A stretch of DNA of 64,000 nt from Leptolyngbya sp. BL-A-14 (GTDB taxonomy: Bacteria; Cyanobacteriota; Cyanobacteriia; Leptolyngbyales; Leptolyngbyaceae), in contig CP166621.1 of NCBI GenBank assembly GCA_041937185.1, positions 2,388,571 through 2,452,570 on the forward strand, written 5' to 3'. The notes under the pieces were generated by a model. The model had not been told where the DNA came from, did not search any database, and saw nothing but the letters and a program-made list of their open reading frames with translations. Position numbers and translations under genes: made by a program. Of the stretch, positions 19,756 to 29,871 are shown piece by piece (the first letter of the stretch is position 1; the number at the start of each line of letters is the position of its first letter).

Positions 19756-20583
19756 TTAGTCCGCCATACCAGAATCGTTAGCTTGTCTTGTCTCACATAT
19801 GGCCTCATTGCTTGTAAGATAGCCTGAATTAAAATAGTGACGCATTTCTGTACTCATATACGGTAACCAACTTACATAAGAGGTTATGTCGTCAATCATA
19901 TGAATAAATAGCCATCCTACTGTACTTTCCTGAAGAATAGAAGGGTAGAATGTTGAACCCGGAATATCGTCTCCATTGATAGTCTTGCCTGGTTGCCGCA
20001 TAAGTTTAATCATGTACTTCTTGTTGACAATTAAATTTAGCGGATAGCGATTGAGCGGAATATTAGAATTACTGTTGTAGAAGTCAGCGATGTGATTTAG
20101 GCAGGTTTCATATTGCACGCCATCATATGCAAAGATAAATAATGATGGATGTTTAGATATGAATGTATCAAACGCATTGGGTCTTAATGCTTTGAAGGTT
20201 AATACCTGAGGAGAAAACTGCGGAATACTGGCAAGGTTGCTGAGACAGTCCACAATACTTGCTTTGTCAAGAAAGCTTTTTACGGTGATTGCTGCCGCAA
20301 CGCTCTCTGCTGTAATGAAATTCCGTGCATTTTCTTCAAATCTTATTGATATATCGTTTGATACAATAATATCCATTTGCCCTGATTCTATGTCTCCAAG
20401 ACCGATAATTTGTCCTCCCAAGTAAGCGGAGAGCCTTTTGGGTAAATGCTTATGTAGAAATAATTCTAAAAACGTTTCTCTATTGAAGCCAATGTCTGGC
20501 CTATGATAACTAGTGCTAGCAAGTTGAGCATCTACGGCCATCTTGTCAGCAATTAGGTTGAAGTATCTTTGAAGCCGACTCAT
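19756..20583 (-). CDS. Hypothetical protein (AT-rich island)
   Basis: 275-aa ORF at about 38-40% GC with no overlapping competitor. No family recognised with confidence. Confidence 0.4.
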   Translation of the reverse strand: MSRLQRYFNLIADKMAVDAQLASTSYHRPDIGFNRETFLELFLHKHLPKRLSAYLGGQIIGLGDIESGQMDIIVSNDISIRFEENARNFITAESVAAAITVKSFLDKASIVDCLSNLASIPQFSPQVLTFKALRPNAFDTFISKHPSLFIFAYDGVQYETCLNHIADFYNSNSNIPLNRYPLNLIVNKKYMIKLMRQPGKTINGDDIPGSTFYPSILQESTVGWLFIHMIDDITSYVSWLPYMSTEMRHYFNSGYLTSNEAICETRQANDSGMAD

Positions 20584-20709
20584 TAACTTATTCCAAAATT
20601 AAACATCAATTTGAGCGTGGCGAGAAAGGCTACGATTTGGTGTCAATTGTTCCTTTGAATAAAAGTGCAATGTCTCTGCAGAGATAGGCTAATAACTTAT
20701 TAAGCAGCC

Positions 20710-21552
20710 CTAACTAACCCATTTTGCAAGAGTGTAGAGTAAAGGCGCAATCAGTAAGGCAGGTAAGAAAGACGCGACTTTGACTTTGGCGATGTCGAGT
20801 AAATTCAAGCCGATGCCTAAAATCATGAGACCGCCCACACCGGAGGTAATCAGGACGTGGGGATTGGTGGTGGGGTTTGCTAGAAGTTGAGGGAGTAGCC
20901 CCGCTAGCAGTGAGAGTCCACCCTGATAGAGCAGAATCATGAGGCTGGAGAAGCCAACGCCGATGCCGTAGCTGCTGGTGAGGGCGATCGCGGCCAGTCC
21001 ATCCATCGTCGCTTTAATGCTCAAAACCGTATTGTCTCCAGCAATGCCATTATTGAGACTGCCAATAATCGCCATCGGGCCAATGCAAAACAGCAAGCTA
21101 GCGGCAACAAACCCTTCGGTGAAGCTGCCTTCCCCTTTGAAGCGTGCTTTGAGCCATTCGCCTAGCGTGTAGAGACGTTCTTCCAGTTGCAGGCTCTCTC
21201 CCAGCAACCCGCCAATCACGATCGCCAGCAGCGCCAGGATAATGCCATCCACTCGTCCAGCCTGGGCTTTGAGCAAGCTACTCGCCATTGTGACGCCTAG
21301 AAAGAGCGTCACCAGCCCAACCCCCTGAGTGATCACCCGTTGCATCCCTAAGGGCAAGCTTTTTCGCAGGAGCACCCCGCAGAGCGTACCAAACAAGATT
21401 GTGGCGACGTTGATCCAGGTGCCGCTCGTTTTTGCCCACAAATCGAGGGGGACGATCGGGGTAGAAGCCGTTTCCAGTAAGAGAAGCATCAATAAAATGT
21501 ATGAACGGTCATCCCCACAGGATAGTGTAATGACCAGAAAGCTTAAAAGCAC
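20710..21552 (-). CDS. DUF554 family inner-membrane protein (YqgA-like)
   Basis: GTWINVATILFGTLCGVLL start signature and multiple TM helices. The true start may be internal (non-ATG). Confidence 0.6.
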   Translation of the reverse strand: MLLSFLVITLSCGDDRSYILLMLLLLETASTPIVPLDLWAKTSGTWINVATILFGTLCGVLLRKSLPLGMQRVITQGVGLVTLFLGVTMASSLLKAQAGRVDGIILALLAIVIGGLLGESLQLEERLYTLGEWLKARFKGEGSFTEGFVAASLLFCIGPMAIIGSLNNGIAGDNTVLSIKATMDGLAAIALTSSYGIGVGFSSLMILLYQGGLSLLAGLLPQLLANPTTNPHVLITSGVGGLMILGIGLNLLDIAKVKVASFLPALLIAPLLYTLAKWVS

Positions 21553-21621
21553 GGTTTAGCCGCCAGCACCAGACTTAAAGCAAGCTGATGGCTGACGGCT
21601 AAGGGCTAACGGTTGATCGCG

Positions 21622-23484
21622 TTAAGCAGCGGCTTGAACCTGATCAAGCAGGTGGTGCAGTTTTTCACCTTCAATCACTTCGGTTTCCAGCAGTTGAGTG
21701 GCAATCTTCTCCAACAAGTCCTTGTTGAGCTGAATGATATGCAGCGCGTGCTGATGCGCCGTTTCCACAATATCCTTCACTTCGCGATCGATCGCCTGAG
21801 CCGTTTCTTCACTCATCACACGACGAGGATTGGGCGCACCATCGGCGAGGAACTGCGCTTGTTGTCCTTGCTGATACGCCAGTGGACCGAGAACTTTGCT
21901 CATGCCGTAGGTCGTCACCATGCGTTCTGCTAGATCAGTGGCTCGCTGCAAATCGTTTGAGGCTCCGGTGGTGATGCTGCCAAAGATGACCTCTTCAGCA
22001 GAACGTCCACCCAGCAGCGTCGCAATTTGTCCGCGAAGTTCTGCCTCATCCATCAGAAACCGATCTTCGGTAGGGAGTTGTAACGTATAGCCCAGTGCTG
22101 CCATCCCACGCGGCACGATCGAGATTTTCTCGACCTTCCCGTTGCCAGTGGTGAGAGCACCGACCAGCGCATGACCCACTTCGTGATAGGCGACAATCTT
22201 CTTCTCTTTGTCGTTGAGGACTCGGCTTTTCTTCTCCAGTCCAGCCACCACGCGTTCGATCGCTTCCGCAAAGTCCTCCTGCGCAACGGTCTCCCGTTTG
22301 TTGCGGGCGGCGAGTAGGGCTGCTTCATTCACCAAATTTGCCAGATCTGCGCCTGCAAAACCAGGTGTGCGAGTGGCGATCGCTTTCAAATTCACATCCT
22401 CACCCAGCTTTACCTTCTGAGCATGGATTTTGAGAATGAGTTCGCGTCCAGCGAGATCGGGGCGATCGACCAACACCTGACGATCAAACCGACCGGGACG
22501 CAGCAATGCAGGGTCAAGCACTTCAGGACGGTTGGTCGCGGCTAACACAATCACGGTCGCTTCGCCCACAGCAAAGCCATCCATTTCGGCGAGCAATTGG
22601 TTTAGAGTCTGCTCACGCTCGTCGTTGCCACCGTAAAAGCCACCGCTGTTCCGCGATTTGCCGATCGCGTCTAGCTCATCGATGAACACAATACAGGGAG
22701 CCTGCTTCTTTGCCTGATCAAACAGATCACGAACGCGTGAAGAGCCAACCCCAACAAATAGCTCGACAAACTCGGAGCCAGAGATGCTGAAGAATGGGAC
22801 ACCTGCTTCCCCTGCAACTGCCTTGGCTAGCAGCGTTTTTCCGGTTCCTGGAGGACCAACTAACAGCACCCCTTTTGGAATGCGCGCGCCAATCTGAGTG
22901 TAGCGACCTGGAGTCTTCAGAAAATCAACAATCTCAACCAATTCAGCCTTGGCTTCTTCCACGCCAGCGACATCAGCAAAGGTGACTTTTCCGGGCTCTC
23001 CTTCCACATACACTTTGGCTTTACTCTTGCCGATGGAAAGCACGCCCTGAGGACCACCAGCACCGCCACCGCGTCGAATAAAGAACTGCCAGATAGCGAC
23101 AAAAATCAGCGGTGGAATGACCCAACTGAGAAGACTACCAATCCAACCGTTCTTGGGTGGTGGAGCAGCCGCAAATTCAACGCCCTTCGCTTCTAACAGC
23201 TTCGGCAACTCCAAATCAAAAATCGGCGTTGTGGTGAAAACCTGCCCCGGTTTATCATCCGTCGTTTTTAATTGGAAGCGAATCTGATTTTGACCCACCT
23301 GTGCCCGCTCAACTTCGCCTTCCTGCACCTGATGAACGAACAGGCTGTAGGGCACGCCAGGAATCTGGGGGCCGAGGAAAAGGGGTAAGGCAAAATTGAC
23401 AATTAGAGATAAGCCAATGAGCGCCAAAAAAATATTACTAATCAGGCGAGGACGAGGAGAATTTGGTTGTTCTTTAATGGGCAT
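21622..23484 (-). CDS. ftsH: ATP-dependent zinc metalloprotease FtsH
   Basis: [35 protein letters not shown] zinc site, two N-terminal TM segments. Confidence 0.95.
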   Translation of the reverse strand: MPIKEQPNSPRPRLISNIFLALIGLSLIVNFALPLFLGPQIPGVPYSLFVHQVQEGEVERAQVGQNQIRFQLKTTDDKPGQVFTTTPIFDLELPKLLEAKGVEFAAAPPPKNGWIGSLLSWVIPPLIFVAIWQFFIRRGGGAGGPQGVLSIGKSKAKVYVEGEPGKVTFADVAGVEEAKAELVEIVDFLKTPGRYTQIGARIPKGVLLVGPPGTGKTLLAKAVAGEAGVPFFSISGSEFVELFVGVGSSRVRDLFDQAKKQAPCIVFIDELDAIGKSRNSGGFYGGNDEREQTLNQLLAEMDGFAVGEATVIVLAATNRPEVLDPALLRPGRFDRQVLVDRPDLAGRELILKIHAQKVKLGEDVNLKAIATRTPGFAGADLANLVNEAALLAARNKRETVAQEDFAEAIERVVAGLEKKSRVLNDKEKKIVAYHEVGHALVGALTTGNGKVEKISIVPRGMAALGYTLQLPTEDRFLMDEAELRGQIATLLGGRSAEEVIFGSITTGASNDLQRATDLAERMVTTYGMSKVLGPLAYQQGQQAQFLADGAPNPRRVMSEETAQAIDREVKDIVETAHQHALHIIQLNKDLLEKIATQLLETEVIEGEKLHHLLDQVQAAA

Positions 23485-23895
23485 AGCGATTAATCATCCT
23501 AGAGCTTGAAGCACGGTTACATGGAAGCAAAATTCTATTTTTCACTGGTCGTTTGGTAAGCGGATGAGCTAGAGGCGGTCATCCAGAACTGTTTTGCTGA
23601 GAAAACTTAACTAAATTTACACAGCTTAATAGTTATCCTAGTCGTCAATCGATCGCCGCTTCAAGCAAATCTTTGTACGGATAACCAGTACGTTTGAGCT
23701 TAGAACTGTCGGTCGAAGAGTACAGCAAAAAATAGAACGTATGGATAGTAACCTTCAGGCATAGGTTGAGCATCCGCTTAAAGTTTGAAGCTGCAACCGC
23801 TCCAAGCTGCAATTTGAAAGTACTGGCTAGGACGGGAGCGATGCACTTATTCCGTAGGACGGCTCCCCATTAAGCGGTACCATGGGGAGTGCAAA

Positions 23896-25293
23896 ATGAG
23901 GAACTTCGACGTTGCTATGCCCAACGCATATGTCATTGGTCTTGGAAAATCGGGAATGGCGGCCGCTCGATTACTCAAACGCGAAGGATGGCACGTTACC
24001 GTTAGCGATACGGGTTTTTCTGACAGCTTGCGGCAGCAGCAAGAGCAACTTGCCGCCGATCAGATACCCGTCCATCTAAAGGATGTCTTTGACCTGCAAC
24101 GGGCTGAGCATTTACTGGCAGAATCGGTGCAACGCATTGTTGTAAGCCCGGGTGTACCGTGGGATCTGCCAGGTTTGGTGCGTGCCAGAGAGTTAGGCAT
24201 TGAAACTATGGGCGAAGCTGAACTCGCATGGTTGCATCTGAAGAACTGCCCTTGGGTTGGCATCACAGGCACCAATGGTAAAACGACTACGACTGCTCTC
24301 ATTGCAGCCATTTTTCAAGCGGCGGGATTCCATGCACCGGCCTTTGGCAACATTGGCTACGCTGCCTGTGAAGTCGCATTAGAAGGGAACAAACCAGATT
24401 GGGCGATCGCTGAACTCAGCAGCTATCAGATTGAATCATCGCCCTCGATCGCACCTGCTATTGGCGTCTGGACAACCTTTACCCCCGATCACCTCAGCCG
24501 CCATAAAACACTAGAACGCTATTGCGCGATCAAAGCCCACTTACTGAACCAGTCTCATCACCAGGTTTTTAACGGCGACGACCCGTTCTTGCGAAACCTG
24601 GGTCAACAGGTAGCTTACCCTGTGAGAGAAACGGCTTGCTGGACAAGCGTTAACAGCAAAGCTGAATTACTCAGTAATGCGCCCCAAAGTGCTTACATTG
24701 AGGACGCCTGGGTGCGTACGCCAACTGAGTTGATTTTGCCGGTGAGCCTGCTGCGGATGCCAGGAGCACACAATCGACAGAACCTTTTGATGGCAGTCAC
24801 CGCCGCAAAATTGGCAGGCATCGATAAAAACGCGATCGCCCACGCGATCGCTACCTTCCCCGGCGTGCCCCACCGATTGGAACACATCCGCACCTGGCAG
24901 GGCATCGACTTCATCAACGACAGCAAAGCCACCAATTACGATGCCGCTGAAGTTGGGTTATCAGCCGTTAAACATCCTGCCATTCTCATTGCAGGCGGCG
25001 AAGCGAAACAGGGGGATGACGCTGCCTGGATTGCGGCCATCCAAGCCAAAGCCGCTGCTGTTCTCCTCATTGGCAACGCCGCCCCCGCCTTTGCTCAACG
25101 CTTACAGCAGGTTGGCTACACCAATGTTGAAATTGTGGAGGCGATGGAACGAGCCGTCACACGATCGGCAGAACTTGCCAAACAGTATCAGACCCCTGTG
25201 GTACTCCTCTCCCCTGCCTGCGCCAGTTTCGATCAATACCAAAACTTTGAACAACGCGGCGACCACTTTCGTGAGTTGTGCCAGGAGTTGTGA
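23896..25293 (+). CDS. murD: UDP-N-acetylmuramoylalanine--D-glutamate ligase
   Basis: [13 protein letters not shown] and [12 protein letters not shown] Mur ligase motifs. Confidence 0.92.
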   Translation: MRNFDVAMPNAYVIGLGKSGMAAARLLKREGWHVTVSDTGFSDSLRQQQEQLAADQIPVHLKDVFDLQRAEHLLAESVQRIVVSPGVPWDLPGLVRARELGIETMGEAELAWLHLKNCPWVGITGTNGKTTTTALIAAIFQAAGFHAPAFGNIGYAACEVALEGNKPDWAIAELSSYQIESSPSIAPAIGVWTTFTPDHLSRHKTLERYCAIKAHLLNQSHHQVFNGDDPFLRNLGQQVAYPVRETACWTSVNSKAELLSNAPQSAYIEDAWVRTPTELILPVSLLRMPGAHNRQNLLMAVTAAKLAGIDKNAIAHAIATFPGVPHRLEHIRTWQGIDFINDSKATNYDAAEVGLSAVKHPAILIAGGEAKQGDDAAWIAAIQAKAAAVLLIGNAAPAFAQRLQQVGYTNVEIVEAMERAVTRSAELAKQYQTPVVLLSPACASFDQYQNFEQRGDHFRELCQEL

Positions 25294-25450
25294 GGGAAGG
25301 CAGAGGGATGAGGGATGAAGGATGAGGGATGAAGGATGAAGGATTAAAAACTGATGGCTGACTGCTAACTGCTGAACTCAAAACTCAAAACTCTGAACTC
25401 AAAACTCTCCCTACTCCCTACTCCCTACTCCCCACTCCCCACTCCCCACC
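25294..25450. repeat. STRR-like arrays (GGGATGA/AGGATGA, CTCAAAA, CCCTACT/CCCCACT)
   Basis: gagggatgagggatgaaggatgagggatgaaggatgaagg ... ctccctactccctactccctactccccactccccactcccc. An inverted copy of the GGATGAA array lies at 26655-26700, on the other side of queA. Confidence 0.85.
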
Positions 25451-26541
25451 CTCGCTTCTGGCAAAATCAACATCGCATCGCCGAAGGAGTAGAAACGGTA
25501 TTTTTCGGCGATCGCAACTTCATACAAATCCAACAACCGCTGTCGCCCAATCAATGCGCTGACCAGCATCATCAGGCTTGACTTCGGTAAATGAAAATTG
25601 GTCATCAAGCCATCGACAATGTTCCAGTGATAGCCCGGATAGATAAACAGGTCTGACTTGCCGCAAAAGGGTTGAAGGATGCCACTTTGAGCAGCGGTTT
25701 CGAGCGATCGCACCACTGTTGTGCCCACGGCAATAACCCGTCCACCGTTGGCTTTGGTTTGCTGAATTTTGGCGACGGTTTCGGGCGGCACTTCAATCCA
25801 TTCAGCGTGCATGGTGTGATCCGTAATCGTCTCTGCCTCCACAGGGCGAAAGGTGCCAACCCCAACGTGAAGAGTCACGAACGCCTGCTCAATGCCGTTT
25901 ACTTCCAGACGTTGTAATAGCTCAGGCGTAAAGTGCAATCCTGCTGTCGGAGCAGCCACCGCACCGGGGCGATCGGCATACACCGTTTGATACTGGTCAG
26001 GATGCGCTTCGGATTGCGTGATATACGGTGGCAACGGCATCTGCCCCAACTGGTTGATCCAGTCGTCTAACGTGGTTCCCGCAGGCACATCGAACCGCAA
26101 GACGCGCCCGCCAGTCGCCGCATCGATCGCCATCACCGTTGCACTCAGGACTTCCGGTTCCTGCGAGTCTTTCACATCTCCAAACACAATCTTTGCACCC
26201 GGTTTTAGCCGCTTTCCAGGTTTGACCAGGGCCAACCAGCAGTTCGTCGTGCCTTCCGCATGAACTGTATCCGCCTGTGGCTCTAGCAGTAGCACCTCTA
26301 CCGATGTACCGCCCGGTTTATAGCCATACAAACGAGCAGGAATCACGCGCGTATTGTTGAGCACCAGCAGATCGCCTTCTCGCAATAGGTCTGGCAAGGC
26401 GCGGACGATCGCATGACCATGCTGCAGCTGATCCTTAACCACTAGCAACCGCGCACTATCACGGGGAACACAAGGCGTTTGGGCAATCAGCGCCTCTGGC
26501 AAAACGTAGTCGTAAGAGGCAAGCAGGCGATCAGAAAGCAT
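25411..26541 (-). CDS. queA: tRNA preQ1(34) S-adenosylmethionine ribosyltransferase-isomerase
   Basis: Full-length QueA consensus ([10 protein letters not shown]..., [27 protein letters not shown]). Confidence 0.93.
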   Translation of the reverse strand: MLSDRLLASYDYVLPEALIAQTPCVPRDSARLLVVKDQLQHGHAIVRALPDLLREGDLLVLNNTRVIPARLYGYKPGGTSVEVLLLEPQADTVHAEGTTNCWLALVKPGKRLKPGAKIVFGDVKDSQEPEVLSATVMAIDAATGGRVLRFDVPAGTTLDDWINQLGQMPLPPYITQSEAHPDQYQTVYADRPGAVAAPTAGLHFTPELLQRLEVNGIEQAFVTLHVGVGTFRPVEAETITDHTMHAEWIEVPPETVAKIQQTKANGGRVIAVGTTVVRSLETAAQSGILQPFCGKSDLFIYPGYHWNIVDGLMTNFHLPKSSLMMLVSALIGRQRLLDLYEVAIAEKYRFYSFGDAMLILPEARVGSGEWGVGSRE

Positions 26542-26817
26542 AGCGGGAGGCGTTGTTAGTGATTAGTTGTTGGTAAAGGTTAAAAGGCAGAAAGTGGAGG
26601 ACAAAAGCAGGACGCGGAATCGTCAGGCTAAGTACCAGGTTGATCGTCAGAATAAACTTATCCTTCATCCCTCATCCTTCATCCCTTATCCTTGTCCCCT
26701 TCTACTCGAATTGGGTGGAACCCCTCTCCACTTAGGGGGCTTTTCCCCTGGTATTTACTGATACGTTTAGTGGACTATAGATCATGTAAGCGTTTGACTG
26801 GCCTGGAAACAACTGTG

Positions 26818-27207
26818 ATGGATTACTTGTATCACCTTTCAAATGCAACCCTTACCTTACGGGTTGTTGAGCATTTACACTACTCCAATCGTTTCCCAGT
26901 GCGCTTCATGACCGTGATTCACCAAATTGACGGTTGGATCATCAAAGTCAAGATGAGCCGTTGTTTGGACCCTTACGAGCATGGAAACCTGCGAGCCTTC
27001 ATGAACGAGTTGGGTATTCCTTGCGATCCGGGTATTCGCGTGCAGATGGCGCTTTGGGGACTAGAGACGGGGCAATCGCCCGTTGATGTGATGCACCGCT
27101 ATCAAGTCGCGGTCGTGTCGCACGGGACGCCCGATCGCGAGGAAATCGAAGAATTTCGCAAGCAGTTTGTGCAAGGCTTAGGCTACTGCCCTGAAACTCT
27201 GGCCTAG
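26818..27207 (+). CDS. Hypothetical protein
   Basis: ORF with good coding bias; start placed at MDYLYHL. Confidence 0.4.
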   Translation: MDYLYHLSNATLTLRVVEHLHYSNRFPVRFMTVIHQIDGWIIKVKMSRCLDPYEHGNLRAFMNELGIPCDPGIRVQMALWGLETGQSPVDVMHRYQVAVVSHGTPDREEIEEFRKQFVQGLGYCPETLA

Positions 27208-27217
27208 AAACAGCCGA

Positions 27218-27760
27218 TTAATCCAGTGTAAAGGCTGCAGGGATATAGTCTTGCAAGACTAACTGGTAATCCGCTATTTCTGCTGTTGCCTGCGTTGGGT
27301 CAAGTCGCATCAAGTCACGTCGAGATGGCGATGCATTGCCTGGAGTAAGCGGTTTACAGCAGACGAGCGCCACATCAAACTGGCACGGCAACTCTGCCCA
27401 CTCAGGGTGGGTAGCCAAGAAGAGTTGAGCCGTTTTCCAGAGCTTCGATCGCTTGCGAGCGGTGATGGCTAACGCACCATCACAATCCCAGTTCCCGCGA
27501 CTGCGCGTTTTCACTTCAACAAACGCTAGTGTGCAGGGCTGTGTTGGTTGCTGCGGCGAGGGCTGTCCAACGACGAGATCCAGTTCGCCCCAGCGGCAAT
27601 GCCAGCGCTGTTGCAAAACCAACCAGCCGCGATCACGTAGCCACTGAGCAACCAGTGCTTCTCCTAAAGCGCCAACATCGGTTGTGCCAGGAGTCAGGGT
27701 TTTAGAGTGGGATGCTTTCAGAATGCCACCTTCAGGAGGGCACTTAGGCTTTTGCGGCAT
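27218..27760 (-). CDS. yraN: YraN-family (UPF0102) endonuclease-like protein
   Basis: [21 protein letters not shown]...GELDLVV...AFVEVKTRS, the PD-(D/E)XK-like YraN signature. Confidence 0.8.
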   Translation of the reverse strand: MPQKPKCPPEGGILKASHSKTLTPGTTDVGALGEALVAQWLRDRGWLVLQQRWHCRWGELDLVVGQPSPQQPTQPCTLAFVEVKTRSRGNWDCDGALAITARKRSKLWKTAQLFLATHPEWAELPCQFDVALVCCKPLTPGNASPSRRDLMRLDPTQATAEIADYQLVLQDYIPAAFTLD

Positions 27761-27996
27761 GAGTTGATGAGCTAACCTCTTCTCAGCATTGACACCTTAA
27801 AGCTTAAAAGCGCCATTACAAATCTTTTTACTGTTTCGGTTTACTGCTGTCGAGCCAGAAGCGTAACGGATTCGGGTAGGATCGGAACTGTAGCGATCGT
27901 CGTCACTCGTCTAACGAACTGAGCGAGTTTTATGCGCCCAAGTTACTCCAGAAGAGAGCAACGCGATCGGTGTAGGGTTCGGTATTAGCATCGACA

Positions 27997-28578
27997 ATGA
28001 GCAGCAGACGCATCGGTAACGCAGTCAGTCAGCATCAAACGCACCAATTGGGGACATTCTTGACAGTGATACAAAGCCAGCAATGGCCAGGTAAGCATGT
28101 ACTCACACGCATTCTGGTTGGAATTGCCTGGATGCTCAGCTTATGGTTCGTCAATCCCCTCCCTGTTCTAGCCGATGACTACAACCGCGAATTTTTGGTC
28201 GGAGCTGACTTTTCGAGCAAAGATTTGACTGATTCCAGTTTTACCAAAGCCAACCTCCGAGGCAGTAACTTTAGCCACAGCGACCTGCATGGCGTGAGCT
28301 TTTTTGGTGCCAACCTGGAAGGCGCAAATTTTGAGGGGGCTGATCTACACAATGCCACGCTCGATGCCGCACGGTTTACAGATGCCAACCTGACAAATGC
28401 CAATCTGGAAGGCGCGTTTGCCTTTAACGCCAAATTTGGAGGCGCGATCGTCGATGGTGCCGATTTTACAGGGGTTGATGTACGCCTCGATGCTCAGATG
28501 GCACTGTGTAAACAGGCAAAAGGTGTAAATCCAGTCACAGGACGCGAAACGCGAAAAACGCTGAACTGCAAAACTTAA
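27997..28578 (+). CDS. Pentapeptide repeat protein
   Basis: A(N/D)LxG pentapeptide repeats: ANLRGSNFSHSDLHGVSFFGANLEGANFEGADLHNATL. Confidence 0.85.
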   Translation: MSSRRIGNAVSQHQTHQLGTFLTVIQSQQWPGKHVLTRILVGIAWMLSLWFVNPLPVLADDYNREFLVGADFSSKDLTDSSFTKANLRGSNFSHSDLHGVSFFGANLEGANFEGADLHNATLDAARFTDANLTNANLEGAFAFNAKFGGAIVDGADFTGVDVRLDAQMALCKQAKGVNPVTGRETRKTLNCKT

Positions 28579-28790
28579 GACTCGTTAAGAAATGCTGTGC
28601 TTTCGTCATTAATCCCTTCTAAAGCTCTAAGCACACCAAATTTTAGAATGAGAAGGAATATTGGCGAATAAGCTGTGCGTAAGCTATGGAGATCTGTATT
28701 TTTTGTGTTGATGCATATTAGATGCGGGGAATGCTAAACAGAAGCAGACCCAAATTCTGCTTGCACTTCAAGTATTTGCAGAGGCGAGAT

Positions 28791-29654
28791 ATGGCGAAAA
28801 AAACGTACAGCAACAAAGACCGTGATCTAGACGTTTTGTTGAAAGATGTTGAGACTTGGTTTAGCGAACAAGGTTATCAGACTCAGACGAATAAGACTGA
28901 CGGAACTCGACTCTTACAAGCTGCAAAAACTGAAGCTTGGCGCAAAGCCGTAGGCGCATCTAGAGCATTTAACGTGCTAATTCAAGGACAGCCAAATGAT
29001 TTCTCAGTAGATCTCAGCACTGGAGAATGGGCATCAAACTTGACTGCTGGAGGTGTTGCAGCAGTTTTAACAGGCGGTGCTAGTTTACTGATTAGTGGCG
29101 TTGCAGCAGGTTGGTCAAAGAAGATTGAAGGCGATTTGTGGAGTTTCATTGATCAGAAAGTTATGTTCGGTGAAAAGCCTAAATCTGCTCAAGAGCTGGC
29201 TGTTATACAATCCCAAAGTAGTTTGGAAGAAAAGCTCAAACAACTCAGAGATGCTTACGACCAAGGATTCATTGATGAAATCGCATACAACGCAAAGAAG
29301 TTAGAAATTGAAGGGCAAATGCGTACTTCTAAGCAAAATGCAGGCATGGAAGAGAAGCTCATGAAACTCAAGAGCTTGCTTGATGCTGGAATTTTAAGCC
29401 AAGGTGAGTTTGAGATGAAAAAGGCTGAATTAATGCGTGAGTCATCTAACTCAGAATTAGACGCTCAAATTTCCAAACTTAACGCTGCTCTTGCTGCCGG
29501 AATCTTAAGTCAGGAAGAGTATGAAAGTAAAAAATCAGTGATCGAAAAGCAATCTGAACTCGCAGGGAAGATTAGACAACTTGAGAATGCTAGAGATTCA
29601 GGAATCATTACCCGTGAAGAGTTCGAGAAGAAGAAGCTGTCGCTACTTGTCTAA
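28791..29654 (+). CDS. Protein with four C-terminal SHOCT repeats (AT-rich island)
   Basis: Four copies of the GxIxxxEY/F..KK SHOCT signature (GFIDEIAYNAKK, GILSQGEFEMKK, GILSQEEYESKK, GIITREEFEKKK). ORF opens at 28722; M at 28791 preferred. Confidence 0.6.
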   Translation: MAKKTYSNKDRDLDVLLKDVETWFSEQGYQTQTNKTDGTRLLQAAKTEAWRKAVGASRAFNVLIQGQPNDFSVDLSTGEWASNLTAGGVAAVLTGGASLLISGVAAGWSKKIEGDLWSFIDQKVMFGEKPKSAQELAVIQSQSSLEEKLKQLRDAYDQGFIDEIAYNAKKLEIEGQMRTSKQNAGMEEKLMKLKSLLDAGILSQGEFEMKKAELMRESSNSELDAQISKLNAALAAGILSQEEYESKKSVIEKQSELAGKIRQLENARDSGIITREEFEKKKLSLLV

Positions 29655-29871
29655 CTTTGACACTTGATATGCAAGCTGCGGTTGTCTCTACAAAATAGTT
29701 GAGTAATCGCAGCAAGCTCGCAATTATGATATGTAGCGCTTGAACAAAAATTGATCGTGATGAGTTCAAAATTGCCTGCAATGGAACTGTACCGTTAATG
29801 ACCAGTAATCGCTGCACGTTTGTCTGCTGCAAGGCTCGTTTAAACCTGCAAGTTCATTTTGCAACTCGTCC

